NCBI GenBank assembly: GCA_964016885.1
Contig: OZ024750.1
Span: 24,986,001 to 25,050,000 of the forward strand
DNA length: 64,000 bases
DNA from: Eledone cirrhosa
Lineage: Eukaryota
Reading direction: 5' to 3'
Shown: positions 24,892 through 38,891 of the stretch, one piece after another
Layout of the letters: each line of letters starts with the position of its first letter
Numbering within the stretch: position 1 is the first letter of the stretch
Position numbers and translations under genes: made by a program
The notes under the pieces: model-generated
What the model was told of the DNA's origin: nothing
What the model saw: only the letters and a program-made list of their open reading frames with translations
Database searches by the model: none

Positions 24892-27558
24892 CTAAAAAAA
24901 AAGATAGAGAAAGAAAAATATTCAGCAAAATATTAACATAAACAATTCTCTCACCTCTTTCTGTTCAAACTGGTCGTAACCGGCTGCTCATGCTTATGTT
25001 AAGGTATTGTTCTCAAAATAAATAACTGTTTCTACTTTAGGCACAAGGCCAGCAATTACCCAGTGCATTACTGGTACTTTATTTTATCGACCCCGTAAGG
25101 ATGAAAGGCAAAGTCAACCTCGGCGGGATTTCAACTCAGATCATAAAGGGACATAACTATGCTGGAAAGCATGGCGTCCGACCCTCTACCGATACTGCCA
25201 ACTTTACTGTGAAAATACAATAGTATATATAGAGTAATGTAAATGGTAAAAGATTAAAGTTAAAATTAATTTATCTTAGTACATATAATTTATCTTAGCC
25301 ATGTGCATCACACAGAGACAAATATACAGATAAGACTATTTTAGTACATATATAATAACAAGCTATGTACATGACACAGTAAACAGTAAGTACATTTAAG
25401 ACTATGTTAGTATATATATATGATAAAGTAAGAAGCGCGGGACTGCGTACCGTTTATAATTTTTTATCCCATTAGTAAAATAACTTTGAATAAATAATGA
25501 ACGAATATTACATAATTTATCTACTAAATTTCGTGGCTGTTGATTAAACATTTTATTTATTTAAAGATTCACTTCTTTAAAATTTCTGAAATGTCAACAC
25601 TTCCGGTTGGCCATCGCTTAATAAATAAACATTAATTTTCTGTCACTAATTTTCTCCTAATGCAGTTTATATATAATATCGTCTTTTTTAATGTATCATG
25701 GATTACATTAATGATTACATAAGACAGTGTAACGCAGTCTTCGTTCAATTTCTATGTATTATATATTGTCAATTACGATTTTATTTGATGTATCATATCT
25801 ACATGTATATATACTTGCATATATCAATATACACACTACACATGCTAGCAGAAAACCACCCAGAGGGTGCTAGCATATATAATAGCATATATAATAGCAA
25901 GCCATGTACATCATGTGTAAATTCCCACATGTATTGTACAGTACATATAAGACTAAGTATATATATATACATGATGGCTACAAACTCTGCTAAGAGTATT
26001 GCAATTACTTATCAGATTATAACGTATCCTGAACAAGCAATGTCTGTACTGTGAAAGTTTTTCAAGTGAGGAAAGGCCTTGCACTCAACCAATCCTACTT
26101 TCTGAGTATTGAAAATACTACCTGAAAAGGAGAACTGGTCAACACCCTCAGATGCTTCAGAAGCCGCAGGTTTTTTTTTTTTTTTTCAATAGAGAGAGGG
26201 AGAGTGATTCGACTTTCGACAAATTGGACCGAGGAAACAATGTTTCCGTTGGTCTTTCCAATTGCTAATACTCTCTATTGGTCGCAACTCCAGGCAGAAG
26301 GAGCAACGTGAAATAAAGTGTCTTGCTCAAGGACATAACGCATCGCCTGGTCCAGGAATTGAACTTACAACCTCACGATTTCAAATCCTATTGTCTAACC
26401 ACTCAGCCACGTGCCTTCACACACACGTATGTATGTATGTAGGTGGTAGCTGTGGTGTGAGCAGGCCTAGACTTGGGATGGGATGAGGTAATAAAAGCTT
26501 ACCTTGCACAATTACACCTCTCAAAGGCAATGACTCAGGACTGCACCCTCTGGCGCTATGCAGTTTTATAGAAGACCTGCCCCCTACTGTTCTCGGGATG
26601 AGGCTTATACCTAGTAGACAACACCTTCCTCAACCTGCTATCCCCTCACATCCACCTCCCCTAGCAGTGACCATACCTCACCTTCAACCCTCGCCACATC
26701 TTTTTTTTTCGCCCAAGCCCCTCCACCCCCAGCCCACACTGTAAAGAGATCGCGTAGGTGTCGTGATAAAAAGTACCCAGCACACACTGTAAATGTGCTT
26801 GGCACTCAACCAATCCTACTTTCTGAGTATTGAAAATACTACCTGAAAAGGAGAACTGGTCAACACCCTCAGATGCTTCAGAAGCCGCAGGTTTTTTTTT
26901 TTTTTTTCCAATAGAGAGAGGGAGAGTGATTCGACTTTCGACAAATTGGACCGAGCATCCAGCTGTAGAAAACCAGCCCCAAAACACCCAGCCCACACTG
27001 TAAAGTGGACGTGTAAAAGACACGGCAAAAAGCACCCAGCACACTCTGTCAATGTGGTTGGTATTAGGAAGGGCATCCAGCCATAGAAAACCAGCCCCAA
27101 AACACCCAGCCCACACTGTAAAGTGGACGTGTAAAAGACACGGCAAAAAGCACCCAGCACACTCTGTCAATGTGGTTGGTATTAGGAAGGGCATCCAGCC
27201 ATAGAAAACCAGCCAGAAACTCTCCTATATGAGCGAGACACGGTCACCCAACCCAACTTGCCTCTAATTGGGACAAATCTGTCTAACCCATCCTAGCGTG
27301 GAAGATAGATGTTAAAAAATGATGATGATAATGATATATATACTACTAAATCATGTACATCACACACATTAAACAGTACAGATGAAACTATATAAGTATA
27401 TATATACTAACAAGCCATATCCATGACATATATAGTTAAGACTATGCTGGTACATATATACTGACAAGCTATGTAAATCACACAGTATACAGTACAGATA
27501 AGACTATGTTAGTATGTGTGTGTGTATATATGTATATATATATATGTGTGTGTGTATA

Positions 27559-27614
<56 letters not shown>

Positions 27615-28530
27615 CTTTAGCCATTGCTCGCACCAACCGGAGGTATATGGTCTTTAAAGCGAAGAAATACCGATGATGGTTGGAAGATCACTGATGAAGG
27701 ACCACTTTATTCATATGTAACCCATTTGCAACTCCGCAGCACGTTTATTCTCATATTTACATATATATATATATTATAGAATGCTGTTAGCTTCTCGCTA
27801 AAACAATCTCTATACCTCTCATTTATATATATATATATATATATACACTAACAAGCTATGTACTTTAAGCTATTTCCATGCAGATTTCTTCTGAAATACA
27901 TAAATAGCTTAGTGATTAGTTCAGCCATTGTTTAGAAGAAAAGGAAAGCATAAGAAAATTATTTTGATTCTCACTTTTGCCTTATGTTTTTTTTTTTTAA
28001 ATTACATACTTGTCCAGCAAACTAGAGATGTGGGTTCAATACCCATGTGTGCTGATGGCCATCTTTTTCCATTCAGTGGGTTTATATGCCGTTATTATTA
28101 GACTATTCAAATCCCAAGGTTAACTTTGCCTTTCATCCTTACGGGGTCGATAAAATAAAGTACCAGTAATGCACTGGGGTAATTGCTGGCTTTGTGCCAA
28201 AAGTAGAAAATTATTAGACTATTTTATTTGGTCAAAGTTATAGCAAAGTCTTCTAATTCAATTTTTATCATTATAAATAAGTGATTCAACATGTTTAGAC
28301 ATTTCTCAGGTTTCATACTTTTTATTTTATATAATCCTAAACAAACCTCATTTTTATGTTAAATGTTGTATCTTCATCATCATCATCATCATTTAACCCT
28401 TTCGCATTTACATTACACTACTATTATATTTTCATGGTAAAGGCTTTATCTCACATAATATGGAATCTACAAGATTTTGATAATATTTATTTTGAGAACA
28501 ATACCTTAATGTCAGCATGAGTGGCTGGTT

Positions 28531-29070
28531 AATATTTATACCGTGAACCTGATTATGATAACAAAAGATTGCTGATAACTCAGCCTGTTTCTAAACCTTG
28601 CGTTAGCTATACAATTGAATATTCAGCGTGATATAGCATTTTGTATGTTAAATATTTCAACTGAATTTTACTTATAAACAGCAATGACAAAGAAGAAAAA
28701 ACAAAGGAACCAATCATCAGATCAAACCAAGGATACAATGTGTCTATTGATCTTTCCATTGCTGATACTATCTGTCTCTCACAACATCTGACAGAAAGAA
28801 GGAGCTGATTAGAAGATCAGACCAAGGAAACAATGTTTCCATTGATCTTTCCATTACTGATACTGTGTCAGAACACCTGGCAGAAGAAAGGGGCTGATCA
28901 TCAGATAAACCAAGCAAACAATGTTTCTATTGATCTTTCCATTGTTGATATTATCTGTCAGTTACAACATCTGGAGAAGAAAGGAGCTGATCATCAGATC
29001 AGACCAAGGAAACAATGTTTCCACTGGTCTTTTTCCATTACTCTTATTATGTCTGTTACATCATCTGGCG
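28531..29070 (+). mobile_element. Element with ~190-bp unique end plus 83-92-bp tandem subrepeats, inserted in a piggyBac-like MITE
   Basis: Inverted homolog of 29545-30654; the host MITE resumes at about 29070. Confidence 0.7.
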
Positions 29071-29544
29071 GAAAGAGATAAGAGAATTCTGGCTGGATAT
29101 GGCCAGTTTAAATGCTAAAGGGTTAACGTCCATTTTTCTATGCTAGCATGTTGTATTAATAGAGATTGGTCCAGAAACAAAGTACATGTAATTCACTTGC
29201 TTATTTGGAACACAAAGATACACACACAAATATACAGAAACATATACAATGACTGATAAAAAGGAAAGGCTAATGATAGAAAATTTCCATATGACACTCA
29301 TCTCAAATATTCTCTCATTATTCCTTGGCAAAGTCGTTAGAGTGATGGATTAAAATCCTTAATTGTTCTGGCTTACAGTGGGCTGAGTAGAAATCATGCC
29401 AAAGTCAACTTTATCTTTCATGCTTTCAAGATTGATAAAATAACTGTCCATGGGTGGATTGGCAACATTGTTAGAAAGTCAAATGGGAGGTTTTACAGGA
29501 TCTGATCTACTTCTGAGGTCAAATTCTGCTTCATTTTGCCCAGT

Positions 29545-30654
29545 GTTGTGACTGCCAGATAATATCAGTAATGGAAAGATAAATGGAAACATTGTTTCCT
29601 TGGTCTGATCTAATGATCAGCTCCTTTCTCCTTCTATGTGTTGTGACTGACATATAATATCACCAATGGAAACATTGTTTCCTTGGTCTGATCTAATGAT
29701 CAGCTCCTTTCTCCTTCTATGTGTTGTGACTGACATATAATATCACCAATGGAAACATTGTTTCCTTGGTCTGATCTAATGATCAGCTCCTTTCTCCTTC
29801 TATGTGTTGTGACTGACAGATAATATCAGCAATGGAAACATTGTTTCCTTGGTCTGATCTAATGATCAGCTCCTTTCTCCTTCTATGTGTTGTGACTGAC
29901 ATATAATATCACCAATGGAAACATTGTTTCCTTGGTCTGATCTAATGATCAGCTCCTTTCTCCTTCTATGTGTTGTGACTGACATATAATATCACCAATG
30001 GAAACATTGTTTCCTTGGTCTGATCTAATGATCAGCTCCTTTCTCCTTCTATGTGTTGTGACTGACATATAATATCACCAATGGAAACATTGTTTCTTTG
30101 GTCTGATCTGATGATTGGTTCCTTTCTTTCTGCCAGGTGTTGTGACTGACAGATAATATCAGCAATGGAAAGACCAATGGAAACATTGTTTCCTTAGTTT
30201 GATCAGATAATCAGCTCCTTTCCTCTACTTGGTGTTGTGACAAACAGATAATATTAGCAATGGAAACATTGTTTCCTTGGTCTCATCTGATGGTCAACAC
30301 CTTTCTTTTGCCAGGTGATGTGACTGACAAATAGTATCAGTAATGAAAAGATCAATGGAAACCTTGTTTCCTTGGTTTGATACGATGATGAGCTCTTTTC
30401 CTCTGACAGATGATATCAGTAATGGAAAGATCAATTGAAACATTGTTTCCTTGGTTTGATCTGATGATTGGTTCCTTTCTTTTTATCTTCTTTGTTATTG
30501 CTGTTTGTAAGTAAAAAAAATCAATCAAAATATTTAACATACAAAATGCTATATCACACTGAATATTCAATTGTTTAACTAACACAAGGTTTAGAAACAG
30601 GCTGAGTTATCAGCAGTCTTTCGTTATCATAATTAGGTTCACAGAATAAATATT
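29545..30654 (-). mobile_element. Second, inverted copy with an expanded 83-bp tandem array
   Basis: caatggaaacattgtttccttggtctgatctaatgatcagctcctttctcc... has period 83, with about 6 homogeneous units plus about 5 diverged units. Confidence 0.75.
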
Positions 30655-31039
30655 CAAATTTTAAACACACTAAATTGTCAACTACAAATATTTTTGTTGT
30701 AGGCTATATATTATTTTAAACACCCACAGTTGACTGATGTGCTAGACAAGTTTATTCGTAAATACAAAACTATGTTTTGACAAAGGATGACAATTTTCTC
30801 AGAGTTCAGATTTTTTGACAGATCTCCAGTAACTCAACTTTGAAAACAAAATTTCCTTTTATAGGAAATTTTGTATTTTTTTTAAATTATCTATTTTTTA
30901 TTTCCTTTTCTTTCTTTTTTTAAATTTCAATGTGCAAGGAGAAATGTTCTGATTGGTTTAAATATTAATCAGTCTCTTGTAATGTAAATGTTCAACAAAG
31001 GAAAGTGTCTGTATATATAGATATGTGTGTACGTACATA

Positions 31040-32420
31040 AACATGTTAGTGTATGTAGATATGTTAGTGTATGTAAATATATGTTTGTGTATGTAGATAT
31101 ATGTTTGTGTATGTAGATATATGTTTGTGTATGTAGATATATGTTAGTGTATGTAGATATATGTTAGTGTATGTAAATATATGTTTGTGTATGTAGATAT
31201 GTTTGTGTATGTAAATATGTTTGTGTATGTAGATATATGTTTGTGTATGTAGATATATGCTTGTGTATGTACATATGTTTGTGTATGTAGATATATGTTT
31301 GTGTATGTAGATATATGTTTGTGAATGTAAATGTATGTTTGTATATGTAGATGTATGTTTGTGTATGTAGATATATGTTTGTGTATGTACATATGTTTGT
31401 GTATGTAAATATGTTTGTGTATGTAGATATATGTTTGTGTATGTAGATATATGTTAGTGTATGTAGATGTATGTTAGTGTATGTAAATATATGTTTGTGT
31501 ATGTAGATATATGTTTGTGTATGTAAATATGTTTTTGTATGTAGATATATGTTTGTGTATGTAGATATATGTTTGTGTATGTAAATGTATGTTTGTATAT
31601 GTAGATGTATGTTTGTGTATGTAGATGTATGTTTGTGTATGTACATATGTTTGTGTATGTAGGTATATGTTTGTGTATGTACATATGTTTGTGTATGTAA
31701 ATATGTTTGTGTATGTAAATATGTTTGTGTATGTAGATATATGTTTGTGTATGTAAATGTATGTTTGTATATGTAGATGTATGTTTGTGTATGTAGATGT
31801 ATGTTTGTGTATGTACATATGTTTGTGTATGTAGGTATATGTTTGTGTATGTACATATGTTTGTGTATGTAAATATGTTTGTGTATGTAAATATGTTTGT
31901 GTATGTAGATATATGTTTGTGTATGTACATATATGTTTGTGTATGTAGATGTATGTTTGTGTATGTACATATATGTTTGTGTATGTACATATATGTTTGT
32001 GTATGTAGATGTATGTTTGTGTATGTAGATGTATGTTTGTGTATGTAGATGTATGTTTGTGTATGTAGATATATGCTTGTGTATGTACATATGTTTGTGT
32101 ATGTAGATATATGTTTGTGTATGTAGATATATGCTTGTGTATGTACATATGTTTGTGTATGTAGATGTATGTTTGTGTATGTAGATATATGCTTGTGTAT
32201 GTACATATGTTTGTGTATGTAGATATATGCTTGTATATGTAGATATATGCTTGTATATGTAGATTATATGTTTGTGAATGTACATATAGACATGTTTGTA
32301 TATGTAGATTTCTGTTTGTGTATGTACATATATGTTTGTGTATGTAAATATATTTTTGTGTATGTAGATATTTTTGTGTATGTAGATATGTTTATGTATG
32401 TACATATAAACATGTTTGTG
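31040..32420. repeat. 18-20-bp minisatellite
   Basis: atgtttgtgtatgtagatat and variants. Confidence 0.92.
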
Positions 32421-32534
32421 GACAGCTTTTTGAATATAACTAAACAAAACAGAGCTGCCAAAACTGGAGGTCAGAGACTTTCTAATGTACAACTGAAAAC
32501 TTTGAATTAATATAATGCAGCTATTTACTTAGAC

Positions 32535-32708
32535 CCAGTGTTAGACCCCTGAGTAAGATGGTTGGATAACATCTATGAGCTCAGCTTGTCTCGCTTGGGG
32601 ATCCAGCCGGATCAGTTGGAAACGGTTGTTTCTGACAAGACCCACTGGAAGGAGTGTTTGAGGACTGCCCCTCTGACTCTCTCAGAAATAAGTGGGTGAA
32701 GAAGAAGC
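32535..32708 (+). mobile_element. RTE/Expander-like 3' end with (GAA)n tail
   Basis: RWLDNIYELSLSRLGIQPDQLETVVSDKTHWKECL; a related copy lies at about 60860-60970. Confidence 0.65.
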
Positions 32709-33091
32709 TATTTACTTGAGCTGCCATATGTGAAGAAACGTACCTACTTATTCTATATTTTTATAGAAACTTGACTATTATAAATGTTTTTCTAGACCTA
32801 AGTTTATAATACAGCTTTTTTCCTTTCTTTCCTTCACCACGTGAAAAGTAATTAGACCAATAATTGAAGGATTTAATTTGAAAATAAAATGTGTTCCATT
32901 TGAATGACACACCTTCACTTCAACAAATGGACATATCACTAGTTTCCTAATTGTCCACTACTCAAATTATTCCAACAATCCAACCTCCAAAGGTTTGGTG
33001 CCACTGTTCCTTATCCAGTTTGTTTGGTTTATTACAGGTTTCAAAGTTGATGAAACACAAAGATCTAGGAAAACCTGGGATGACGTGGTGA

Positions 33092-33660
33092 TGGTTGACC
33101 TCTTGATAGAGATGATACTGGATCAAATTGACTAGTTGACCTCATGATGGAAATGATGCTGGATCAAGTTGACTAGTTGATCTCATGAAAAAGATGACAC
33201 TGGATCAAGTTGACTAGTTGACCTCATGATGGAGATGACACTGGATCAAGTTGATTAGTTGACCTCATGATGGAGATGACACTGGATCAAGTTGACTAGT
33301 TGACCTCATGATAGAGATGAGACTGGATCAAGTTGACTAGTTGACATCATGATAGAGATGAGACTGGATCAAGTTGACTAGTTGACCTCATGATGGAGAT
33401 GACACTGGATCAAGTTGACTAGTTGACCTCATGATAGAGATGAGACTGGATCAAGTTGACTAGTTGACCTCATGATAGAGATGAGACTGGATCAAGTTGA
33501 CTAGCTGACATCATGATGGAGATGACACTGGATCAAGTTGACTAGTTGACCTCATGATAGAGATGACACTGGATCAAGTTGACTAGTTGACCTCATGATA
33601 GAGATGAGACTGGATCAAGTTGACTAGTTGACCTCATGATGGAGATGACACTGGATTGTG
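33092..33660. repeat. 41-bp minisatellite, about 13-14 copies
   Basis: atgatagagatgagactggatcaagttgactagttgacctc. Confidence 0.92.
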
Positions 33661-34044
33661 GGAGAAGCTGACATCATGAAGGAGATTAGATTGGATTGTG
33701 GGATGATATGGTGATGGGTTACCTCATGAACAGGATGAAATGAGCATAGGAAGAATGGTTGTGTAGAAGCTGATTAAGTATATCAATATTTCAGATAAAT
33801 GCCTACCAAAATATCCATTCCTCTCCCCCTTTCTCTACCTTAGTCTGCTTCTCCTCATGACATTGATCCCCCCCCCCATACTACCTAAAATCATCATCAT
33901 CTAACATTTCTTAAACACAATATCCATCCATATAAGTGAAGAATAGTTTAGGATCTGTCACCTCCCCCCACCTCTCCACTACCTTCTGTTGACCACCCCA
34001 CCCCATACTAACTGAAAGTTGCTACCCACATATACACTATATAA

Positions 34045-35452
34045 GCCACAGTATTGTATATGACCCATACTATAGATGATCCATAGTATTCTATATGATC
34101 CATAGTATTCTATATGACCCATAGTATTGCATATGACACCATAGTATTTCATATAACCCCACAGTATTGTATATGACCCATAGTATTGCATATGACACCA
34201 TAGTATTGTATATGACATAGTATTTCATATGACATCATAGTATTGCATATGACATCATAGTACTGTATGACACCAAAGTATTGTATATGACCCATAGTAT
34301 TGCAATGACATAGTATTGTATAACTCCATAGTATTGCATATAACCCTATAATATTGCATATAACCCTATAATATTGTATATGACCCTACAATATTGTATA
34401 TGAACCATAGTATATAACCCATAATATTGCATATGACATAGTATTGTATATGACATAGAATTGTTTATGACACAGTATTGTATACAACACACAGTATTGT
34501 ATACGACACATAGTATTGTATATGACCTATAGTATTGTATACAACACATAGTATTGTACGACACATAGTATTGCATATGACCCCATAGTATAGTATATGA
34601 ACCATAGTATAGTATATGACACATTATTACATACGACACATAGTATTACATATGACACATAGTATTACATATGACACATAGTATTACATATGACACATAG
34701 TATTACATATGACACATAGTATTACATATGACACATAGTTTTACATATGACACATAGTTTTACATATGACACATAGTTTTACATATGACACATAGTTTTA
34801 CATATGACACATAGTTTTACATATGACCCCATACTGCATATGACTCATGCTGCAAATGACACCATAGTATTGTATATAACTCCATGGTATTGTATATGAC
34901 CCCATAGTATTGCATATGACCCCATAGTATTGCATATGACCCCATAGTATTGCATAGGACCCCATAGTATTGTATATAACTCCATAGTATTGCATATGAC
35001 CCTATAATATTGTATATGACCCCATAATATTGTATATGACTCCACAGTATTGTATATGACCCATAGTATTGTATACGAACCATAGTATAGTATATGACAG
35101 TATTACATATGACACAGTTTTACATATGGCACATAGTTTTACACATGGCACATAGTTTTACATATGACACAGTATTGTATATGACCCCCCATAGTATTGC
35201 ATATGACCCATAGTATTGTATATGACCCATAGTATTGTATATGAACCAGTTTTACATATGACACAGTATTGTATATGACCCCCATAATATTGTATATGAC
35301 CCATACTGCAAATGACCCATAGTATTGTATATAACTCCATAGTATTGTATATGACCCATACTGCAAATGACCCCATAGTATTGTATATAATCGCATAGTA
35401 TTGTACATGACTCACAGTATTGTATATGACTCACAGTATTGTATATGACTTA
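34045..35452. repeat. 19-21-bp degenerate minisatellite
   Basis: catagtattg(t/c)atatgac(cc/ac). Confidence 0.9.
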
Positions 35453-36716
35453 TATTATTGTTGTTGACAGTCAAATGGTGGAGTTACAGCTCTCTTATCA
35501 ACATTTGATTATATAACAAATATTTGGTTGCACATTAAAAAAAAGCGTGAGTAAAATGGTAAAGAAAACTGCGGGAGATGGAGGTGGTGGTGGTAAAAAG
35601 TTCGAGGATCCCCCACTCTCTCTCCATTTTCCGGGAAGAAAAGGTCTTCTGCAGCATATTCAGAATTAGGTTTAATTGATAACACAAGAAAAACCTGAGG
35701 AAAAATAATTATTTCCCACAGGAATAGATTACGGTGTTGTTCTATAATAAATGCAAAAATAAAATCTTATCAAACTGTTTTAGTTAATTTAGCGATAAGT
35801 GTAAGTTGTCAGGAATTTCCAGAATTATAATTGATATAGAGGAAAACTACCACAAGAAAGCGCATTTTAAAAGTTTTTAATGTAAAATATGTAAGCGAGA
35901 AATTCGACTAGACGATGTAATATAGTCCTTATTTATAAAGGGTTTATTTAAACGATGTTTAAATAAAGACGATTGAGTAATGCAAATATTAGCTTCTTAA
36001 ATATATCAGACAAAAATATTAACATTTAATTCAATCCAATAAAATGTATTGCTTTTTGTCTAACATAATTTCTTATAACAAGTAACGGCTTTATAGTTTA
36101 CGTAATAACATCCTTAAGATGGTAACGTGGTCTTTTCCGTTACCTATTCATTTTTCTCACTACGATTCTTGCTCTTGTCTAAATAAAATTATATTATATA
36201 TAAGATTATATATATATATATATATATAAATGAGAGGTATAGAGATTGATGAGAGAGAGAGAGACTGAGTGAGAGACTTGTATAGGATCAAATTTAAGAA
36301 TACATGTGCGTGGAGACAACGTTTTTAAAAAGATGGATGTAATCACATTTCAACGAAGTCCCATATTAAGTCGAATTATGATTAGAGACAATCCATTTAT
36401 GACCCTCACGGATATTTCTTTTTTAATTCTTTTATACACATGGTGTATCTAGGACTGCATTATCTAATGTGCTTTTTTTTTCTTCTTAATATGGTCAAAT
36501 GTGATTTTAGGGGTGTTTGGCTGCTATTTCTAGCAAGCCTAGGATTCGCATAGAAGGCTCCTCACTTGTTTTCGAAAAAAATACATTTCCAGTTTGACAA
36601 GATAATCATCGATTATAAACTCTATCATTAATATTATTATTGCTGAAGATCTTCATTACTACTAAAGATCTAGTGACTAAATATTATATATACGTATATA
36701 CATGTGTGTGTATATA

Positions 36717-36793
36717 TAAAGAGTGCCCCCAAAAATGTATACACACTTCAACAGCATTCTAATATGTGTATAAATTTTTGGAGACACCCTGTA
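36717..36793. mobile_element. Tiny Tc1/mariner-type hairpin MITE (partial copy at 14203-14247)
   Basis: TA-aagagtgcccccaaaaatgtatacaca...tgtgtataaatttttggagacaccctg-TA. Confidence 0.6.
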
Positions 36794-37515
36794 TGTGTTA
36801 TAACAAGTATACTAGTAACATTTCTCCATTAGTAAACTTAATATTTGTAGCAGAGAAATGATATCATGATGTTATAATCGATGATATTGTTGATTAGTTC
36901 TAATCGATAAAGCATATAATTAAAGATATTCCAGCCACAATCAGGACAATATTATCAAATACATCCCCTTTTCTTTTTAAAGATGGTGGAATGTCATGAG
37001 AAGCTCCCCTCCCTGCCAATATATACATTTTTAGGATGTTTCTACAAATAATTCGTTATATAGTCGATCGCTGCTGCACTCAGATAAAGATTTCTACAAA
37101 ATGAAATTAATAAATCATTTTTTTACAGTAATTTCTGTTCAGAGTTTTGTATATTTTACTCTTTAAGGCAACAAATGCGAGTATTTATTATTGCTATCTA
37201 TGTGTTTTATCAGAAAAATGTAATAAACTGGACCACTGTAAATAATTATAAGAAATTTTAGGATAATTTATTAATTGTGTAATGTAAAATATTGAAGCTG
37301 AAGGCGAGCAATGAAATATGATAGTAGGGATAAGATAATTTATTTTTACATTATATACATATATATATAATAGAAGTAATATATCGTAAATTCAGAAAAG
37401 ATATGATATATTGCGTTAGATGCCTTAAACAAAGCCCCAGGTGTGGTGTACAAGTATTATAAAGGAGGGTTGTTCGTAAAAATCTGCTAAATAAAAAACT
37501 AAAATGACAACATAC

Positions 37516-37950
37516 CTGTAGAATAACGATGATGAAGTTTAGTAACTACAAACACCAAAGAAAAACAAAACAAAACACAGATGAATTTTTGGTGTTTTTG
37601 ATTTCTCTCTTCTGGTAAATTGGTATATATTTGTTAAATAATAATTGTTATTGTTGTTGTGTTTAATTGTTTGGTATTAAAATATTTGCCATGTGATGGT
37701 AGAGGCCGGTGTTGGCTACTATAGTAGGTAAAACATGTCAACACTTTCTCCGTTAGCTCAGATCTGATACAACAGTAGTAGTGATACTACTAGCAGCTAC
37801 TGATACTACTAATGTAGCTACTGATATAATTAAGGCGGTGGTAGCTGAATAATATATTGGAGGAGGAGTGTTGAATGTTTGTGAAGGCGATGGGTTGAGA
37901 GAAAGACGGTAGGGTGTAGTGAAACACCTTACACGCTGTCATATGAAACA
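37516..37950 (-). other. Candidate non-coding 5' exon of the minus-strand gene
   Basis: Consensus donor CAG|GTATGT (37514-37515) closes about 400 nt of unique UTR-like sequence; the 5' boundary is a guess. Confidence 0.3.
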
Positions 37951-38059
37951 TTCGCAGTACAGAGGCATATATATCTATCTATTTCTATATACACCGTTAT
38001 ATACCAGCTGCAGTACATAGACAAATATAACTGTATATTACTGTGATTATATATCTATC

Positions 38060-38612
38060 TATCATCATCATCATCGTTTAACGTCCATCTTCCACGCTTG
38101 CATGGGTTTGGACGGGAGTTTTCCCACGTGAGGCAAGATTGGTTGTCTTGCTCGTATAGGACTGTCTGGCGGGTTTTCTACGGCTGGATGCCCTTCCTAA
38201 CACCAACCACGTTTACAGTGTGGACTGGGAGGTTTTTACCGTGTTACCTACACGGCCACATTACAGCGTGGACTGTGTGTGTGTGTTTTTTTTTTTGTCG
38301 TGACACCTACACGACCTCATTTGTTTCGGACTGGATGTTGTGGTACCATGGGTTGGGGGTAGTGGGACGGGGGTGTATTTATGTTAGAGGTGCCTACTGA
38401 CTGTAGGTTTCGCTTTGTACTTAGGCAAGGCGGGTCTTCTGTATTACTGTGTAGCGCCAAAGATCTCGGTCCAGAGACATTGTCTTGGAGAGGTGTAAGT
38501 GTATGAGGTCGGAATTTATCAAGTCGTCCCAGGTTTTTCTGGGTCTACATACTCCGTAGCTACCGTCTATTTTTATCGCCCTGCACTTTTTTATACAGCT
38601 GTCGTCTTTCAT
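38060..38612 (-). mobile_element. RTE LINE 3' end (ORF C-terminus + 3' UTR with (ATG)n tail)
   Basis: KDDSCIKKCRAIKIDG..RPRKTWDDLINSDL..DRDLWR is joined to the 3' sequence shared by many copies in the window (ggatgcccttcctaacaccaacc; catcatcatcgtttaacgtc). Confidence 0.8.
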
Positions 38613-38809
38613 GCACTGTTATGTACCAGCTGCAGTATATGATCAAATGTAACTATATATATATAGTTACATTTGATCATATATATATATATATATAGTG
38701 TTAGAAAGTTAAGGGAACACAAACAAGAGATAGACATTTTCCCTTCATCAATTGTCACGGATTTTTCAGCGCATTCACGCAGCCTCGTCCTTCTCAATAT
38801 ATATATTGA

Positions 38810-38891
<82 letters not shown>

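Noticed and set aside
35540-35700. Coding exon after the cctcAG acceptor on the minus strand
   Set aside because: No convincing donor and no recognisable protein; it could be UTR but cannot be supported.
38697-38805. Hammerhead on the minus strand (aggacga-ggc..gct-gaaa)
   Set aside because: The core is too degenerate: no CUGA and no stem III or stem I pairing.
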